39,896 bases of DNA from an uncultured archaeon (lineage in GTDB: Archaea > Nanobdellota > Nanobdellia > Woesearchaeales > CAIVOO01), in contig CAIMOB010000041.1 in NCBI GenBank assembly GCA_903842985.1, forward strand, positions 1-39,896. The letters are read 5' to 3'. The position numbers and the translations under genes were made by a program. The notes beneath the pieces are model-generated. The model was not told the DNA's origin and did not search any database. It saw only the letters and a list, made by a program, of their open reading frames with translations. Below, piece after piece: positions 1-9,648 of this stretch (position 1 is its first letter; each line of letters begins with the position of its first letter).

Positions 1-135
1 AACCCAACTGTTGTAAATGATTATAAAAAAGGCAAGCTTGATGCCTTGAATTTCTTGGTCGGGAAGGTTATGTGAAAGACAAAAGGAACTGCAAAACCTG
101 TGGAATTAAAAGAAATAATTAAAAAAATAATATAA
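1..135 (+). CDS. gatB: 3' end of Asp/Glu-tRNA amidotransferase subunit B (partial; in-frame TGA at 73-75)
   Basis: Frame 1 reads NPTVVNDYKKGKLDALNFLVGKVM*KTKGTAKPVELKEIIKKII*, matching the GatB/YqeY tail (DYK.GK..A..FLVG.VM..TKG.A.P). Not in ORF track. Confidence 0.75.
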
Positions 136-138
136 AAT

Positions 139-516
139 TTAAATGCAAACGCCGTCCTTGCATCCATTCGGACACTTGTGCACATCTGTCTGCGGTTTTC
201 CTGTTTCACTGCAGTAATATTCATTCACATAATCCTTGACGCAATTGTCTTCCTTTTCGTATTTAATTGCGAAGTCATTCACGCCATATATCTTTCCTTT
301 TACTGCATAATCTTTTCCGCCGTCAGAATCAGTGCACTTTTCATCGCCGACAGGCTTTGCTTCTGCCTGTGGAGCCGCTCCCGGCATGGCCTGTCCCACT
401 GATGGTGCTGGAGGTGTAGCTGGAGTTGATATTGGTGCCGCAGCCTCTGGCGCTTTTTTTGCACAGCCAACTAGCAGGATGGCTGCAACCAAAAACAAAA
501 CAATAAGTCTTTTCAT
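139..516 (-). CDS. Putative lipoprotein with Pro/Ala linker and Cys-rich CxDSDGG domain
   Basis: Signal peptide ending in lipobox LVGC, PA-rich linker, CTDSDGG...C...EYYC...CPNGCKDGVC. Confidence 0.75.
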   Translation of the reverse strand: MKRLIVLFLVAAILLVGCAKKAPEAAAPISTPATPPAPSVGQAMPGAAPQAEAKPVGDEKCTDSDGGKDYAVKGKIYGVNDFAIKYEKEDNCVKDYVNEYYCSETGKPQTDVHKCPNGCKDGVCI

Positions 517-552
517 AATCGCACCTCTTTGTGAATAATCTTTTTTAAAAGT

Positions 553-1761
553 TTATAAAGCTTTCTTTTTTATCTCTATGACTTTCAGGGCGTCCTCGAC
601 AACCCTCTTCTCGAAATCAGCTGCTTTTTCGTCTTCTTCCTTTTCCTTGTTCAATAAATGCATCAGTTCGTGTATCAGTTTTTTCTCATCCTGGCTTATC
701 TTTATCTGGTTGATGTTTTCCTCAATTAGTTTATGCTCGATTTCGTCTGAAGAGCCGACCTTTACTGCATGGAACTCCTTTGACTCAAGCCCGGATGTAT
801 TTTTCATTATAAAATAAGCACCTTTTGCATAAATCCTTTCGTAAATCTGCCTGAAATCAATGTCTGATATTGTTCCTTCCTTGAGTTTTCCGGAAAGCCT
901 GATTGTTACAATTGTATTGAAGAATTCCTTATGCTTCATGTCTTCAAAAATCTCCTGCTCAACTTCCTGCGGGCTTTTTAAGTTGCAGTTTATCTTCATT
1001 GAAAGAACATTGCTGACCTGAATAGGCTGCCATTCTGCCTTGCTGTTTTCAACTATGAAAAATCCGCCGTTTCCAAATTTCTCGAGCTCCTTAAAATTTG
1101 CCGGGAACAGTGCACCAGGATAAGTTATCAGGCCATAACCCTTTTCATTTGCCTGAATTACATCGTGGACATGCCCGCCAGCATAGTAATTAAAATTTTT
1201 TGGCAGATATGAAAGCGGCGCAGAATCCATTTTATCAAGCCCTTCGGGCTTGAGCTCTGACAATGCAGTGTGGAACATGAATATTTTGTAGCCAGGCTCC
1301 TGCTCAAGGTTTGCCTTTTCAAGATTTTCATAATAATTCCTTTCAAGCATCCCTTTCTTGCCAACCATCCCTGTTATTTTTGCACCTGTTTTTTTGTCAA
1401 TTGTGAAATTTAATTTCAGCCTGTTGTTTTCAACGCTTCCCTTTACAACATTTATCAGCAGGCCTGCATGCTCAAGAACATCAATTATTGTCCTGCCTGA
1501 TGGTGAAAAATCGTGGCTTCCTGCAATTGCATAAGCCTGAATTCCTCTGTCTTTAAGCTCCCTCAGCTTCTTGACAGCAACCTTAAGATTATCTATGCCA
1601 GGCAAAGATGTGTTAAAAAGGTCTCCTGTTATAAGCACAAAATCGAGATTTTTTTCTATTGTAGTATCTATTGCCTTTTCAAATGCTTTAGCAGCCATAA
1701 AGCTCAATCTAGGCTCTCTCCAGCCACCTATGTGGCAGTCCCCCAGATGCGCGAATTTCAT
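553..1761 (-). CDS. mre11: Mre11/SbcD DNA repair nuclease
   Basis: Phosphoesterase motifs DCHIG, GDLF, GSHD, FH, GHVH, YPG. Confidence 0.9.
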   Translation of the reverse strand: MKFAHLGDCHIGGWREPRLSFMAAKAFEKAIDTTIEKNLDFVLITGDLFNTSLPGIDNLKVAVKKLRELKDRGIQAYAIAGSHDFSPSGRTIIDVLEHAGLLINVVKGSVENNRLKLNFTIDKKTGAKITGMVGKKGMLERNYYENLEKANLEQEPGYKIFMFHTALSELKPEGLDKMDSAPLSYLPKNFNYYAGGHVHDVIQANEKGYGLITYPGALFPANFKELEKFGNGGFFIVENSKAEWQPIQVSNVLSMKINCNLKSPQEVEQEIFEDMKHKEFFNTIVTIRLSGKLKEGTISDIDFRQIYERIYAKGAYFIMKNTSGLESKEFHAVKVGSSDEIEHKLIEENINQIKISQDEKKLIHELMHLLNKEKEEDEKAADFEKRVVEDALKVIEIKKKAL

Positions 1762-1866
1762 GCTTTTAGAGGGTTTAAACAGGTATTTAATTGTTTCTTT
1801 TACTACTTATTGGGGGTAAAAATAGAAAGATTTATAAATAGCAGTATACTAACAACTCTGGTTAAA

Positions 1867-2307
1867 ATGATAAATCCATCACAAACATCAGGTCTTTATG
1901 AAAGGCTTATTGAGATAGGAGCAAATATTCGTAATCTCGATACAGTGGTTGGTCCGATGGTTCGTGCGCAAATGCATTCTGATAAAAAACTTGTGATGGG
2001 CGGCTATGAAACATTAGAGCGTACTATAGAAAATTATCATTCGCGCAGTATTTTTAACCCAGAAAGAAAGCTGATACGCACCCACATTGGTGATCTGTAT
2101 GAAACAATTAATGAGCTAGCAATTCAGTATGTGCTGGAACAATTCCACAATGGAAGAGATATTGCAGCAATGGGTGAAAAGAAAAAAAGCAAACTTGCAA
2201 ACGAGTATATTAAAAAAAATCCTGAAAAATTCCCTTTTGCTGAAGAAATGAAAAAAGCGAAAAAAAAGGTAGGACGGATTAAATTTTTCTCATTAAGCTG
2301 CGATTAA
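1867..2307 (+). CDS. Hypothetical protein (146 aa)
   Basis: ATG at 1867 follows a TTTATAAA box near 1831; the longer ORF-track start overlaps mre11 antisense. Confidence 0.6.
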   Translation: MINPSQTSGLYERLIEIGANIRNLDTVVGPMVRAQMHSDKKLVMGGYETLERTIENYHSRSIFNPERKLIRTHIGDLYETINELAIQYVLEQFHNGRDIAAMGEKKKSKLANEYIKKNPEKFPFAEEMKKAKKKVGRIKFFSLSCD

Positions 2308-2823
2308 TTGGCGGGTATTTTTAACAAAATTTATATTTTTATTAATTTCATTGGATACTTTTCCTTTAAGCTTTTCTAAATTGCTAATGACTGTATCGAT
2401 GTTAAGTATTGCATTTATATTTTTAAGAAGCTCAGGTTTTTTCCCAAACAATCCTGACTTCGCAATCCTTCTCTTTATTTCATCAAGCTTAGCGACTAGA
2501 CTGTCCATTCTTTGTATAATTATGCCTGTAACTGGCTGCCAGCGCAGGTTGTCCTCCTGCAAATATACAAGCCCTGTTAAAATTCCTTCGCGGTTTTTTT
2601 CTGTCTCTTTTGCAAATCCAAATCTTTTACATCTTAAATACTCGGGTAATAAGACATTTATTTTGTTTTTAGACTTTTCGATGCTTGACAATCTCTTCTC
2701 TTCGTCAAATTTAGAAACACTGTCAGAGATTTCTAAAAATTCTTTTTTAATCTCAAATAGATTATGTGAAATTGCATTGATTTCATTTTTCTCTTCTTCT
2801 GTCAATTCGTCAATTTTAGACAT
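2293..2823 (-). CDS. Hypothetical helical/coiled-coil protein
   Basis: 176-aa ATG ORF, K/E-rich, no recognised motif. Confidence 0.6.
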   Translation of the reverse strand: MSKIDELTEEEKNEINAISHNLFEIKKEFLEISDSVSKFDEEKRLSSIEKSKNKINVLLPEYLRCKRFGFAKETEKNREGILTGLVYLQEDNLRWQPVTGIIIQRMDSLVAKLDEIKRRIAKSGLFGKKPELLKNINAILNIDTVISNLEKLKGKVSNEINKNINFVKNTRQLIAA

Positions 2824-2858
2824 AACTCAAGAGTTATGCTTTTTCTATTTAAAACTTT

Positions 2859-4376
2859 CTAAAGAAGCTGCACGCCGAGATATTGCTTCTGATATGAGAC
2901 GACTTTCTTTTCGGGATTCAGCCCGAACAGCGGAATCTTAATCGGCATTGCGAATCTCGCGAAGTTTGATGTTATTATTGCTTCGCCCTTGTCAAGCGAA
3001 GCTATGTTCCTATTGTCTTCTGAAAGGTCCTGCGCAGCGCTTTCAATCACTGCCTGCCTTTCAGGCCCCATCTCAATTCCAAGAATTACTTTTGTGTTCA
3101 TGTTTGCCAGAATTTCGCGCGGAATCAGTGAAGGAAGCTGTGTTATTGCTGTCAGCCCGACATTGAATTTCCTTCCCTCTCTTGCAATTGTTTCAAATAT
3201 GTTTGTTCCTTTTTCCAGCACGGCTTTTCCAAGGACCCTCGGCGCTTCCTCCAGAATAATTGAGATGACTGGCTTTTCTGTCCTTCCCTCAAGCCTGTGA
3301 TTTTTGTATCTTCTGAACACCTCATTTGCAATCAGGCTTCCGACAAGAAGCTCGACATTGCCTGCGATTGTCGATGTGTCTATAATTACTGTCTTTGCTT
3401 CTTCAAGTTCATTGACTATGTCTTTTACTGTTGTCTGGCCTGCCTGCAGGTCAAATATTCCTGAGCAGTAAATTGTGGTGTCTTTTCTCTGCAGGTCAAG
3501 AAGGGACATTATCCTTCTTCTGACAACGCTTAATGTTCCTGGCATGAAATTCTCAATCTCCTTCTCCAAAACAATCGCTTCAATCCACCCGGATTCAAAT
3601 TTCTTATAATAAGTGTAAAGCGCCTCAAGCTGCGCATCAGACCAGTTTATTATTCCTGAAAAGTGCATCGGCTTTACTGACTTCAGGTTGAACTTCAGCG
3701 TCTTTGTGCCCGGCTCCGGATTCTTTGAATAATAAACAACCTTCTCTTTCTTCGGATGGTTCTTAAGGCCGAATGATTTCCTGCCGAAATACTCATCGTG
3801 CGGGTCAAGCACAAGAATTCCTGCATAGGCATTGTCAAGCACATTCCAGAGCATTGTCTTTACAAGATTGGACTTGCCCCTGCCTGTTGTTGCAGCAATC
3901 AGGATGTGATGCTGGAAAACCTTCCTGCCGTCAAGATAAATCGGAACATCTATTACTTCAGAGCCGGAGCGCAGATTTCCGAAGAAAAGCGGATTCTCAG
4001 GCGGAGTTATGAAAGACAAGTCCTCCTTTGTTATTTTTCTGACATTTGAAAAGAAATCAGGAAGGTTCTTGCAGATTGCCGCTTCGTCCTTCTTTATTGT
4101 GATGAGGCTTTTGACATTTGCAAGCACATAATTTCTCAGATTAGAAGAGATGAATTCCATGTCTGTGTTCTCCTCCAGATTCATCCCTGAAATAAGCTCG
4201 AGGTTCTGCTGTGATATCTGGCTGCCGTAAATCAGGTCAAAAACCTGCAGGAGATATTTTGCATCCTCATTTTCAACTACAAGAAGTTCGCCTATCTCGA
4301 TTCTTTCACCGGCCTTCTGCCTGATAAGAATCTCGCCAAATCTCCCGCTTATCAACTGCCCTTTGACAGAAATTAT
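2859..4376 (-). CDS. herA: HerA-family ATPase/DNA translocase
   Basis: [13 protein letters not shown]alker A, DPHDEY, IILEEA Walker [12 protein letters not shown] motifs. Start extended to ATA at 4376 (SD GAGGTG 6 nt upstream); ORF track uses TTG at 4355. Confidence 0.88.
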   Translation of the reverse strand: MISVKGQLISGRFGEILIRQKAGERIEIGELLVVENEDAKYLLQVFDLIYGSQISQQNLELISGMNLEENTDMEFISSNLRNYVLANVKSLITIKKDEAAICKNLPDFFSNVRKITKEDLSFITPPENPLFFGNLRSGSEVIDVPIYLDGRKVFQHHILIAATTGRGKSNLVKTMLWNVLDNAYAGILVLDPHDEYFGRKSFGLKNHPKKEKVVYYSKNPEPGTKTLKFNLKSVKPMHFSGIINWSDAQLEALYTYYKKFESGWIEAIVLEKEIENFMPGTLSVVRRRIMSLLDLQRKDTTIYCSGIFDLQAGQTTVKDIVNELEEAKTVIIDTSTIAGNVELLVGSLIANEVFRRYKNHRLEGRTEKPVISIILEEAPRVLGKAVLEKGTNIFETIAREGRKFNVGLTAITQLPSLIPREILANMNTKVILGIEMGPERQAVIESAAQDLSEDNRNIASLDKGEAIITSNFARFAMPIKIPLFGLNPEKKVVSYQKQYLGVQLL

Positions 4377-4435
4377 TTAAACCACCTCATCAAATTTTAT
4401 CTATTGCTAATTAATAAATATTTCGGTGTTTAAAA

Positions 4436-5371
4436 ATGCAGATAAAAGCCATTCCAGAGGACTTTGTTGTAAAAGAGATTATTGATTTAAAAATAAATGG
4501 CGGCAATTATTCATATTATACTCTTAAAAAGAGGGATTATACAACAATAAAGGCAATTTCTTTTATTGCTGAAAAGCTAGATGCCAATGTCAAAGACATT
4601 GGTTTTGCAGGAAACAAGGACAAAACGGCTGTGACAGAGCAGGCAATTTCAATATTTAAGGGCCCGGCGAAGGATTTCAACTTCAGGGATATTGAGCTTA
4701 AATTCCTGGGAAAAGGAAAAGAAAGGATAAATTTGGGGGCTAATAAAGGCAATTGTTTTGAAATTATTGTAAGAAACATAGAAAATAAACCTAAAAATAA
4801 AAAAGCCATAATAAACTATTTTGACGAGCAGAGATTTTCAAAAAACAATGCTGAAGTCGGGAAGGCAATTGTCAAATGCGACTTTAAAACTGCCTGCGAT
4901 TTATTGAATGATGAGAAAGAGGTTGCTGATTACCTCAAAATCAAGCCAGGCGATTTTGTGGGCGCATTGAGAAGGTTGAACAAAAGAATTCTGCGCCTTT
5001 TTGTTCACGCCTATCAGTCATACATCTGGAACAAGACTGCTGAAGAGTATCTGAAAAAAAATAAAGCAACAAAAATAAAAATACCCATTGCGGGATTTGG
5101 CACAGTGCTTGAAGGAGAAATTGGAGATATCATAAAAAATATTCTTGAAGAAGAAAAAATAAGTTTAAGAAATTTTATAATTAGGCAGGTTCCCGATATT
5201 TCAAGCGAAGGTAATGAAAGGGACTTGATCGCCGAAATCAGCAAGCTGGAGATTGGAGCGCTTGAAGCTGACGAACTGGATGCCGGAAATAAGAAAATAA
5301 AATTAAAGTTTTTTCTGCAGAAAGGAAGCTACGCAACAATGGCAGTCAGGCAGATTTTCCAAGAGCCTTGA
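4436..5371 (+). CDS. truD: tRNA pseudouridine(13) synthase
   Basis: PEDFVVKE, AGNKDK with catalytic Asp, NYFDEQRF, HAYQSYIWN, GSYAT. Confidence 0.93.
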   Translation: MQIKAIPEDFVVKEIIDLKINGGNYSYYTLKKRDYTTIKAISFIAEKLDANVKDIGFAGNKDKTAVTEQAISIFKGPAKDFNFRDIELKFLGKGKERINLGANKGNCFEIIVRNIENKPKNKKAIINYFDEQRFSKNNAEVGKAIVKCDFKTACDLLNDEKEVADYLKIKPGDFVGALRRLNKRILRLFVHAYQSYIWNKTAEEYLKKNKATKIKIPIAGFGTVLEGEIGDIIKNILEEEKISLRNFIIRQVPDISSEGNERDLIAEISKLEIGALEADELDAGNKKIKLKFFLQKGSYATMAVRQIFQEP

Positions 5372-5981
5372 GCACATTTTTGTGCACTTCATCTATTGAT
5401 TTGCTTCCGTCAATCTTTATCAAAATTCCTTTATTTGAATAGAAATTAACAACAGGCTTTGTCTGTTCGTTGTAAATCTTAAGCCTGTTCTTTATTGTTT
5501 CTGGTTTATCATCATTCCTTATGTAAAGGTCTTTCCCGCATTTGTCGCATACTCCTTCTTTCTTTGGCGGATTTGTTATCAGGTTATACACTGCCCCGCA
5601 ATTGCTGCACGACCTTCTATTTGAAAGTCTTTTAATTATCAAATCATCTGGAACATCAAGATAAATTGCCTTGTCTATCTTCATTAGCTTATCAAGCTCA
5701 TTGGCCTGCTCCAAATACCTTGGAAAGCCGTCAAGCAATAATCCTTTTTTGCAGTCTGGCTTTGAAATCCTTTCCTTAAAAATAGTCATGGCAAGTTCAT
5801 CCGGAACTAATTCTCCCTTATCAATATACGCGCTTACCATCCTCCCAATCTCAGTCTTCTCCCTTTCAATGCTTCTCAGAATATCACCCATAGAAATCTG
5901 AGGAACCTTAAGCGTTTTCGCCAGAAGCTCTGCTTCTGAGCCTTTTCCGCTTCCAGGCTTTCCCAATAAAACTAGCTTCAT
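5346..5981 (-). CDS. adk: Adenylate kinase (long form with Cys4 LID)
   Basis: GKPGSGKG P-loop, LDGFPR, CSNC...CDKC lid, RNDD. Confidence 0.93.
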   Translation of the reverse strand: MKLVLLGKPGSGKGSEAELLAKTLKVPQISMGDILRSIEREKTEIGRMVSAYIDKGELVPDELAMTIFKERISKPDCKKGLLLDGFPRYLEQANELDKLMKIDKAIYLDVPDDLIIKRLSNRRSCSNCGAVYNLITNPPKKEGVCDKCGKDLYIRNDDKPETIKNRLKIYNEQTKPVVNFYSNKGILIKIDGSKSIDEVHKNVLKALGKSA

Positions 5982-6424
5982 CCGAAATATGCCTCTTCCT
6001 CTTTTTTCAGCTGCCTTGTCCAGGCATCCTTCATTTTTGACAGCGCTTCCTCAATTTTTTCCTTCAGCAAAAGCCACTCAGCCAGCGACTTGCTGATGAA
6101 ATCAGCATCTTTTTTATCATCTTCATTTACGCTTATTTCCTCTGACAACCTTATCAGATACATCAATCTCTTGTAAAAATCAAAAATTGCCTTTCTCTCA
6201 TTTTCTGAAATAAAATTAGACTCGTACATTGTTGAGGGCTTTTCAGGCTGGAGAATTTCATCAAATATTTCGGTAAAACCCATGAGCTTTTCAGTTATCT
6301 TTCTTCTTATGCTTCTAAGCAAGAATTCCTTCTGCTCTATTGCAGATATTTCAAACTCGCTGTCCAGCTTTTCAAAGTCAGGCAGGTTCAGCTTCTTTTT
6401 CAGTTGGTTGTATTCATCTTTCAT
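5978..6424 (-). CDS. Hypothetical protein (148 aa)
   Basis: ATG at 6424 (MKDEYNQ); the ORF-track extension runs into tRNA-Thr; ATGA overlap with adk. Confidence 0.75.
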   Translation of the reverse strand: MKDEYNQLKKKLNLPDFEKLDSEFEISAIEQKEFLLRSIRRKITEKLMGFTEIFDEILQPEKPSTMYESNFISENERKAIFDFYKRLMYLIRLSEEISVNEDDKKDADFISKSLAEWLLLKEKIEEALSKMKDAWTRQLKKEEEAYFG

Positions 6425-6431
6425 TTTCAAA

Positions 6432-6516
6432 AGCCCCCGGTGGGAGTCGCACCCACGATCTGCTGATTTCTTTCTTTGGTACAAGTCAGCCGCTATAGCT
6501 ACTAAGCCACGGGGGC
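6432..6516 (-). tRNA. tRNA-Thr(UGU) with 12-nt intron at 37/38 (6468-6479)
   Basis: Acceptor GCCCCCG/CGGGGGC, anticodon arm GCTGA-CTTGTA[CCAAAGAAAGAA]A-TCAGC, T arm GTGGG-TGCGACT-CCCAC. Confidence 0.9.
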
Positions 6517-6553
6517 ATGTTTAAATGGAAAAAGAAGGCATTTAAATAACTTT

Positions 6554-7132
6554 CTACAATCCTCTTACAGGCCTGAATATCTCTGATTCTGGAAGGAATC
6601 CTTTCAGTTCCAGGAACTGTTTTACATGCCCCTGCAACCTGTAAATATCCTCTCTGTACTTGTCTTCGTGCTCTTTTATTTCTTTTCTGTAAATCCTCTT
6701 TTTGAACAAATCTGAAAACATCTTCAACGGGCCCTTTAATTCTTTGCCAGGCAGCAATTCAATGTATGCATTAAGCATCACTTCAACCTCGCCCTTCTGC
6801 GCCTTGACCTTCTGGCCCTTGTACATTATCTCGACATCCTTCATGCCCAGAACATGGTAATCAACATTAAGAAAATATTTAAAATATTTGCTGCCGTGCG
6901 GCTCCCTGTTTGTCCTCCACCAAACCCAAATCTCCCTGCCTGATGTCTGGCCATGTTTCTCCAAATAAAATTCTTCCATGTATTCGTCTTTTTTGTCGCT
7001 TGCGAAACCCTCTGCAATAAGCCAGTCCCTAATCAGCTTGTAAAGCTCCTTCATATCATATACTTCTTCATACTTTACGCTCAGGCAGGCATCTGATTGC
7101 GCCCCTGTTATCGGGATTATATTCTCAGGCAT
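6554..7132 (-). CDS. Hypothetical protein (192 aa)
   Basis: Clean ATG ORF with TTTATAAA about 25 nt upstream; no family confidently assigned. Confidence 0.75.
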   Translation of the reverse strand: MPENIIPITGAQSDACLSVKYEEVYDMKELYKLIRDWLIAEGFASDKKDEYMEEFYLEKHGQTSGREIWVWWRTNREPHGSKYFKYFLNVDYHVLGMKDVEIMYKGQKVKAQKGEVEVMLNAYIELLPGKELKGPLKMFSDLFKKRIYRKEIKEHEDKYREDIYRLQGHVKQFLELKGFLPESEIFRPVRGL

Positions 7133-7203
7133 TGTATTTTATAACTAATTTTTGTTTATAAATGTTTCCTTCGATTTTGAATCCCGCACGCTTTTTAGAA
7201 TAC

Positions 7204-7224
7204 GTTTCCAGCTTTGCTGGAAAC
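7204..7224. other. Perfect 9-bp hairpin in intergenic region
   Basis: GTTTCCAGC-TTT-GCTGGAAAC, about 40 nt after the PHP gene stop; possible terminator or operator. Confidence 0.4.
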
Positions 7225-7262
7225 TAACATGTTATGACACTTGTAAAATTGTCTTTATCCGA

Positions 7263-8000
7263 TCAAACGCTTTTTCTTCTAGAAAAAGGGTTTGTTATAA
7301 ATCTTTGCTTGGTCTTGTGAAGTTTTCTGTAAATCTTTGAATAGGCCAGCCACAGAACAATCTTAAGATAATAGTAAATTGAAAGGTGCCTTGAATAAAG
7401 TTCAACCCTGTGTTTTTTAATTGCCTTTATAACTTCGCTGACTGTTTTTTTTGAATCTATGAAGGTGTATGTTGTGTTTAGCCTCCAAAGATGGTGCGCA
7501 TCTGAATTTCCAACCAGCGGTTTTTTAAATTCATGGGCGATTCTTGCCGCCTTATTGTTCGGCCCGTTCCTATACTTAAGATAAAAATGACAGTATTCAA
7601 TCGCATCAAAAAGATTGATGTTTTCCAGAAGCGCTTTCCCAAGGCAGGATTTTAATTTGTAGAATGGGTGCGGCGCAATTATGAGAATATTTTTTCTTTT
7701 TTTACTCAATTTGTTGAGGTCCTGTAGTTTTTCCAATTTTTTTGATTCCCTCTCAGTTATGTTGTAAATAAGAACGTGTTTTCCATCAAGCTTGTGCTCA
7801 ACTCCTGGAATAAGAAGGATTCCCCTTTCTGCTGCATACCTTGAAAGCGCCTTGCTGTAAGTAACTTTTGAATGGTTTGTTATTGAAAGAACATTAAAGC
7901 CGAGCTTTGCTGCATAGTCTATCAGCTCCTTGGCGCTGTATCTTATTTCAGGATGATGAATGTCTTCACCGGTGTGTATGTGAAGGTCTGCCTTTAGCAT
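7263..8000 (-). CDS. PHP-domain metal-dependent phosphoesterase
   Basis: DLHIHT, ITNH, GVE, GKHVL, APHP, GNSDAH. Confidence 0.88.
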   Translation of the reverse strand: MLKADLHIHTGEDIHHPEIRYSAKELIDYAAKLGFNVLSITNHSKVTYSKALSRYAAERGILLIPGVEHKLDGKHVLIYNITERESKKLEKLQDLNKLSKKRKNILIIAPHPFYKLKSCLGKALLENINLFDAIEYCHFYLKYRNGPNNKAARIAHEFKKPLVGNSDAHHLWRLNTTYTFIDSKKTVSEVIKAIKKHRVELYSRHLSIYYYLKIVLWLAYSKIYRKLHKTKQRFITNPFSRRKSV

Positions 8001-8072
8001 ATCTGCTAGAGTTCAAAGAGTGTATTTAAATTTATGCAAAAGTTTATAATAAACAATTAATTTTATTTTACC

Positions 8073-9269
8073 ATGTTAATCGGAGTGGTGGGAAAAGCGA
8101 ATGTCGGCAAATCAACGTTTTTCAAGGCGCTGACTTTGGCAGATGTGCTCATAGCTAATTATCCGTTCGCTACTATAAAGCCGAATCATGGTGTAGGGTT
8201 TGTAAAAATAGACTGCGTTGACACATTTTTCAAGGTGCAGTGCAATCCGAGGGAAGGATTTTGCATAAATCACAAAAGATTTGTTCCTGTAGACATTCTT
8301 GATGTTGCAGGCCTTGTTCCAGGAGCGCATGAAGGCAAAGGGCTTGGACTTGCGTTTCTCAACGACTTGAACCAGGCAGATGCTTTAATTCATGTAATTG
8401 ATGTTGCAGGAACCACTAATGAGAAAGGCGAGCCCATTGCAGGAGGCCATGACCCTGCTTTTGATGTTAAATTTCTCGAAGAAGAGCTTGACTACTGGTT
8501 TCTCGATATTCTAAAGAAGGGCTGGGAAAGATTTGCAAGGCAGATTCAGCAGGAGCACAGCAATGTTGAAAAGGCTCTCGCAAAACAGCTTTCAGGACTC
8601 AAAGTAGAAGAGAACCTGGTCAAAGAAGTTATAAGAAAATTAAATCTGAACAAAGAGAAGCCGACAGAGTGGACAGAAGAACAGCTTAAGCAGATTGCGG
8701 TTTACTTAAGAAAGCAGACAAAACCCATGATTATCGCCGCAAACAAAATCGACTTGCCTGGTGCAATGGAAAATTTTGAAAAACTTAGAAAGCAGTTTCC
8801 AGAGTATATGATAGTTCCATGCTCAGCAGAATCAGAGCTTGCATTGAAGGAAGCCTCAAAGCACCAGTTCATAAAATATACACCTGGTGACAACGATTTT
8901 CAGATGACAGATGAGAAAAAATTAAGCGACAAGCAGAAAAATGCGCTTAATTTCATAAAAGAAAATGTTCTGAAGAAGAACAATGGGACAGGAGTTCAGG
9001 AAATATTGAACAAGGCGGTATTCGAACTTTTGAAATATCTTGCAATCTTCCCGGGAGGAGTAAACAAGCTTGAAGACCAGTATGGGAGAGTTTTGCCGGA
9101 TTGTTTTTTAATGCCGCCGAAAAGCACTGCACTCGATTTCGCTTTCAGGATACACACAGACCTTGGAAAGAATTTCATAAGAGCCATTGATGTAAAGACG
9201 AAAAGGGTTGTCGGAAAGGAGCATGTTCTTGAAAACAATGATGTCGTAGAAATAATAAATTCAAAATAA
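8073..9269 (+). CDS. ychF: YchF/Obg-family ATPase/GTPase with TGS domain
   Basis: GKANVGKS, YPFAT, DVAGL, NKID, C-terminal TGS (IHTDLG). Confidence 0.92.
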   Translation: MLIGVVGKANVGKSTFFKALTLADVLIANYPFATIKPNHGVGFVKIDCVDTFFKVQCNPREGFCINHKRFVPVDILDVAGLVPGAHEGKGLGLAFLNDLNQADALIHVIDVAGTTNEKGEPIAGGHDPAFDVKFLEEELDYWFLDILKKGWERFARQIQQEHSNVEKALAKQLSGLKVEENLVKEVIRKLNLNKEKPTEWTEEQLKQIAVYLRKQTKPMIIAANKIDLPGAMENFEKLRKQFPEYMIVPCSAESELALKEASKHQFIKYTPGDNDFQMTDEKKLSDKQKNALNFIKENVLKKNNGTGVQEILNKAVFELLKYLAIFPGGVNKLEDQYGRVLPDCFLMPPKSTALDFAFRIHTDLGKNFIRAIDVKTKRVVGKEHVLENNDVVEIINSK

Positions 9270-9647
9270 TTATTTTTTTCTTTTTGAAAATGCGCTCGCC
9301 AAATCAATTACATATTTTCCTTCGCCGACTTTAAAGACAAGCGGGTCTTTTTTGAACAGATGGACAAGGTCGAGCTCGAATTTTCCGGGCTCAACTACAT
9401 TTATGGATTCGAAGTCAAGAATTATCGGCTGCTCCTCCTTTGTTCTTTCCTCCTCAACAAGCTCGAGCACATCTGTTTCTATCTGCCTCTTTTCTTCAGG
9501 TGTGAGCTTCTTTACTATGCTTTCTGCCTTTTTAAGCGACTCTTTTTTGACAAAGAAAAATAATTTTGCGCCGCAGGTGCAGCCCTTCAGTATCTGCTCA
9601 GAGCCATCGTCGTATAGGCTACCGCATCTGACGCATTGGTGGGGCAT
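9270..9647 (-). CDS. oapC: Zn-ribbon protein OapC (DUF2072 family)
   Basis: MPHQCVRCG...ILKGCTCG..LFFF, ESI.V.EPGKFELDL; third gene of the oap cluster. Confidence 0.82.
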   Translation of the reverse strand: MPHQCVRCGSLYDDGSEQILKGCTCGAKLFFFVKKESLKKAESIVKKLTPEEKRQIETDVLELVEEERTKEEQPIILDFESINVVEPGKFELDLVHLFKKDPLVFKVGEGKYVIDLASAFSKRKK

Positions 9648-9648
9648 G

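Noticed and set aside
73..75. Genome-wide TGA recoding or selenocysteine
   Set aside because: Conserved genes (truD, adk, rpl3, rpl4, rps3) end at TGA, and the position is not a Cys, Trp or Gly site
1513..1866. N-terminal extension of ORF 1513..2307
   Set aside because: Antisense to mre11 and spans the divergent promoter; ATG 1867 fits better
6425..6524. ORF extensions 5978..6484 and 6282..6524
   Set aside because: They read through the tRNA-Thr gene
7204..7224. Hairpin read as an ORB/origin
   Set aside because: Arms resemble ORB half-sites, but the spacing is wrong and there is no G-string or second copy
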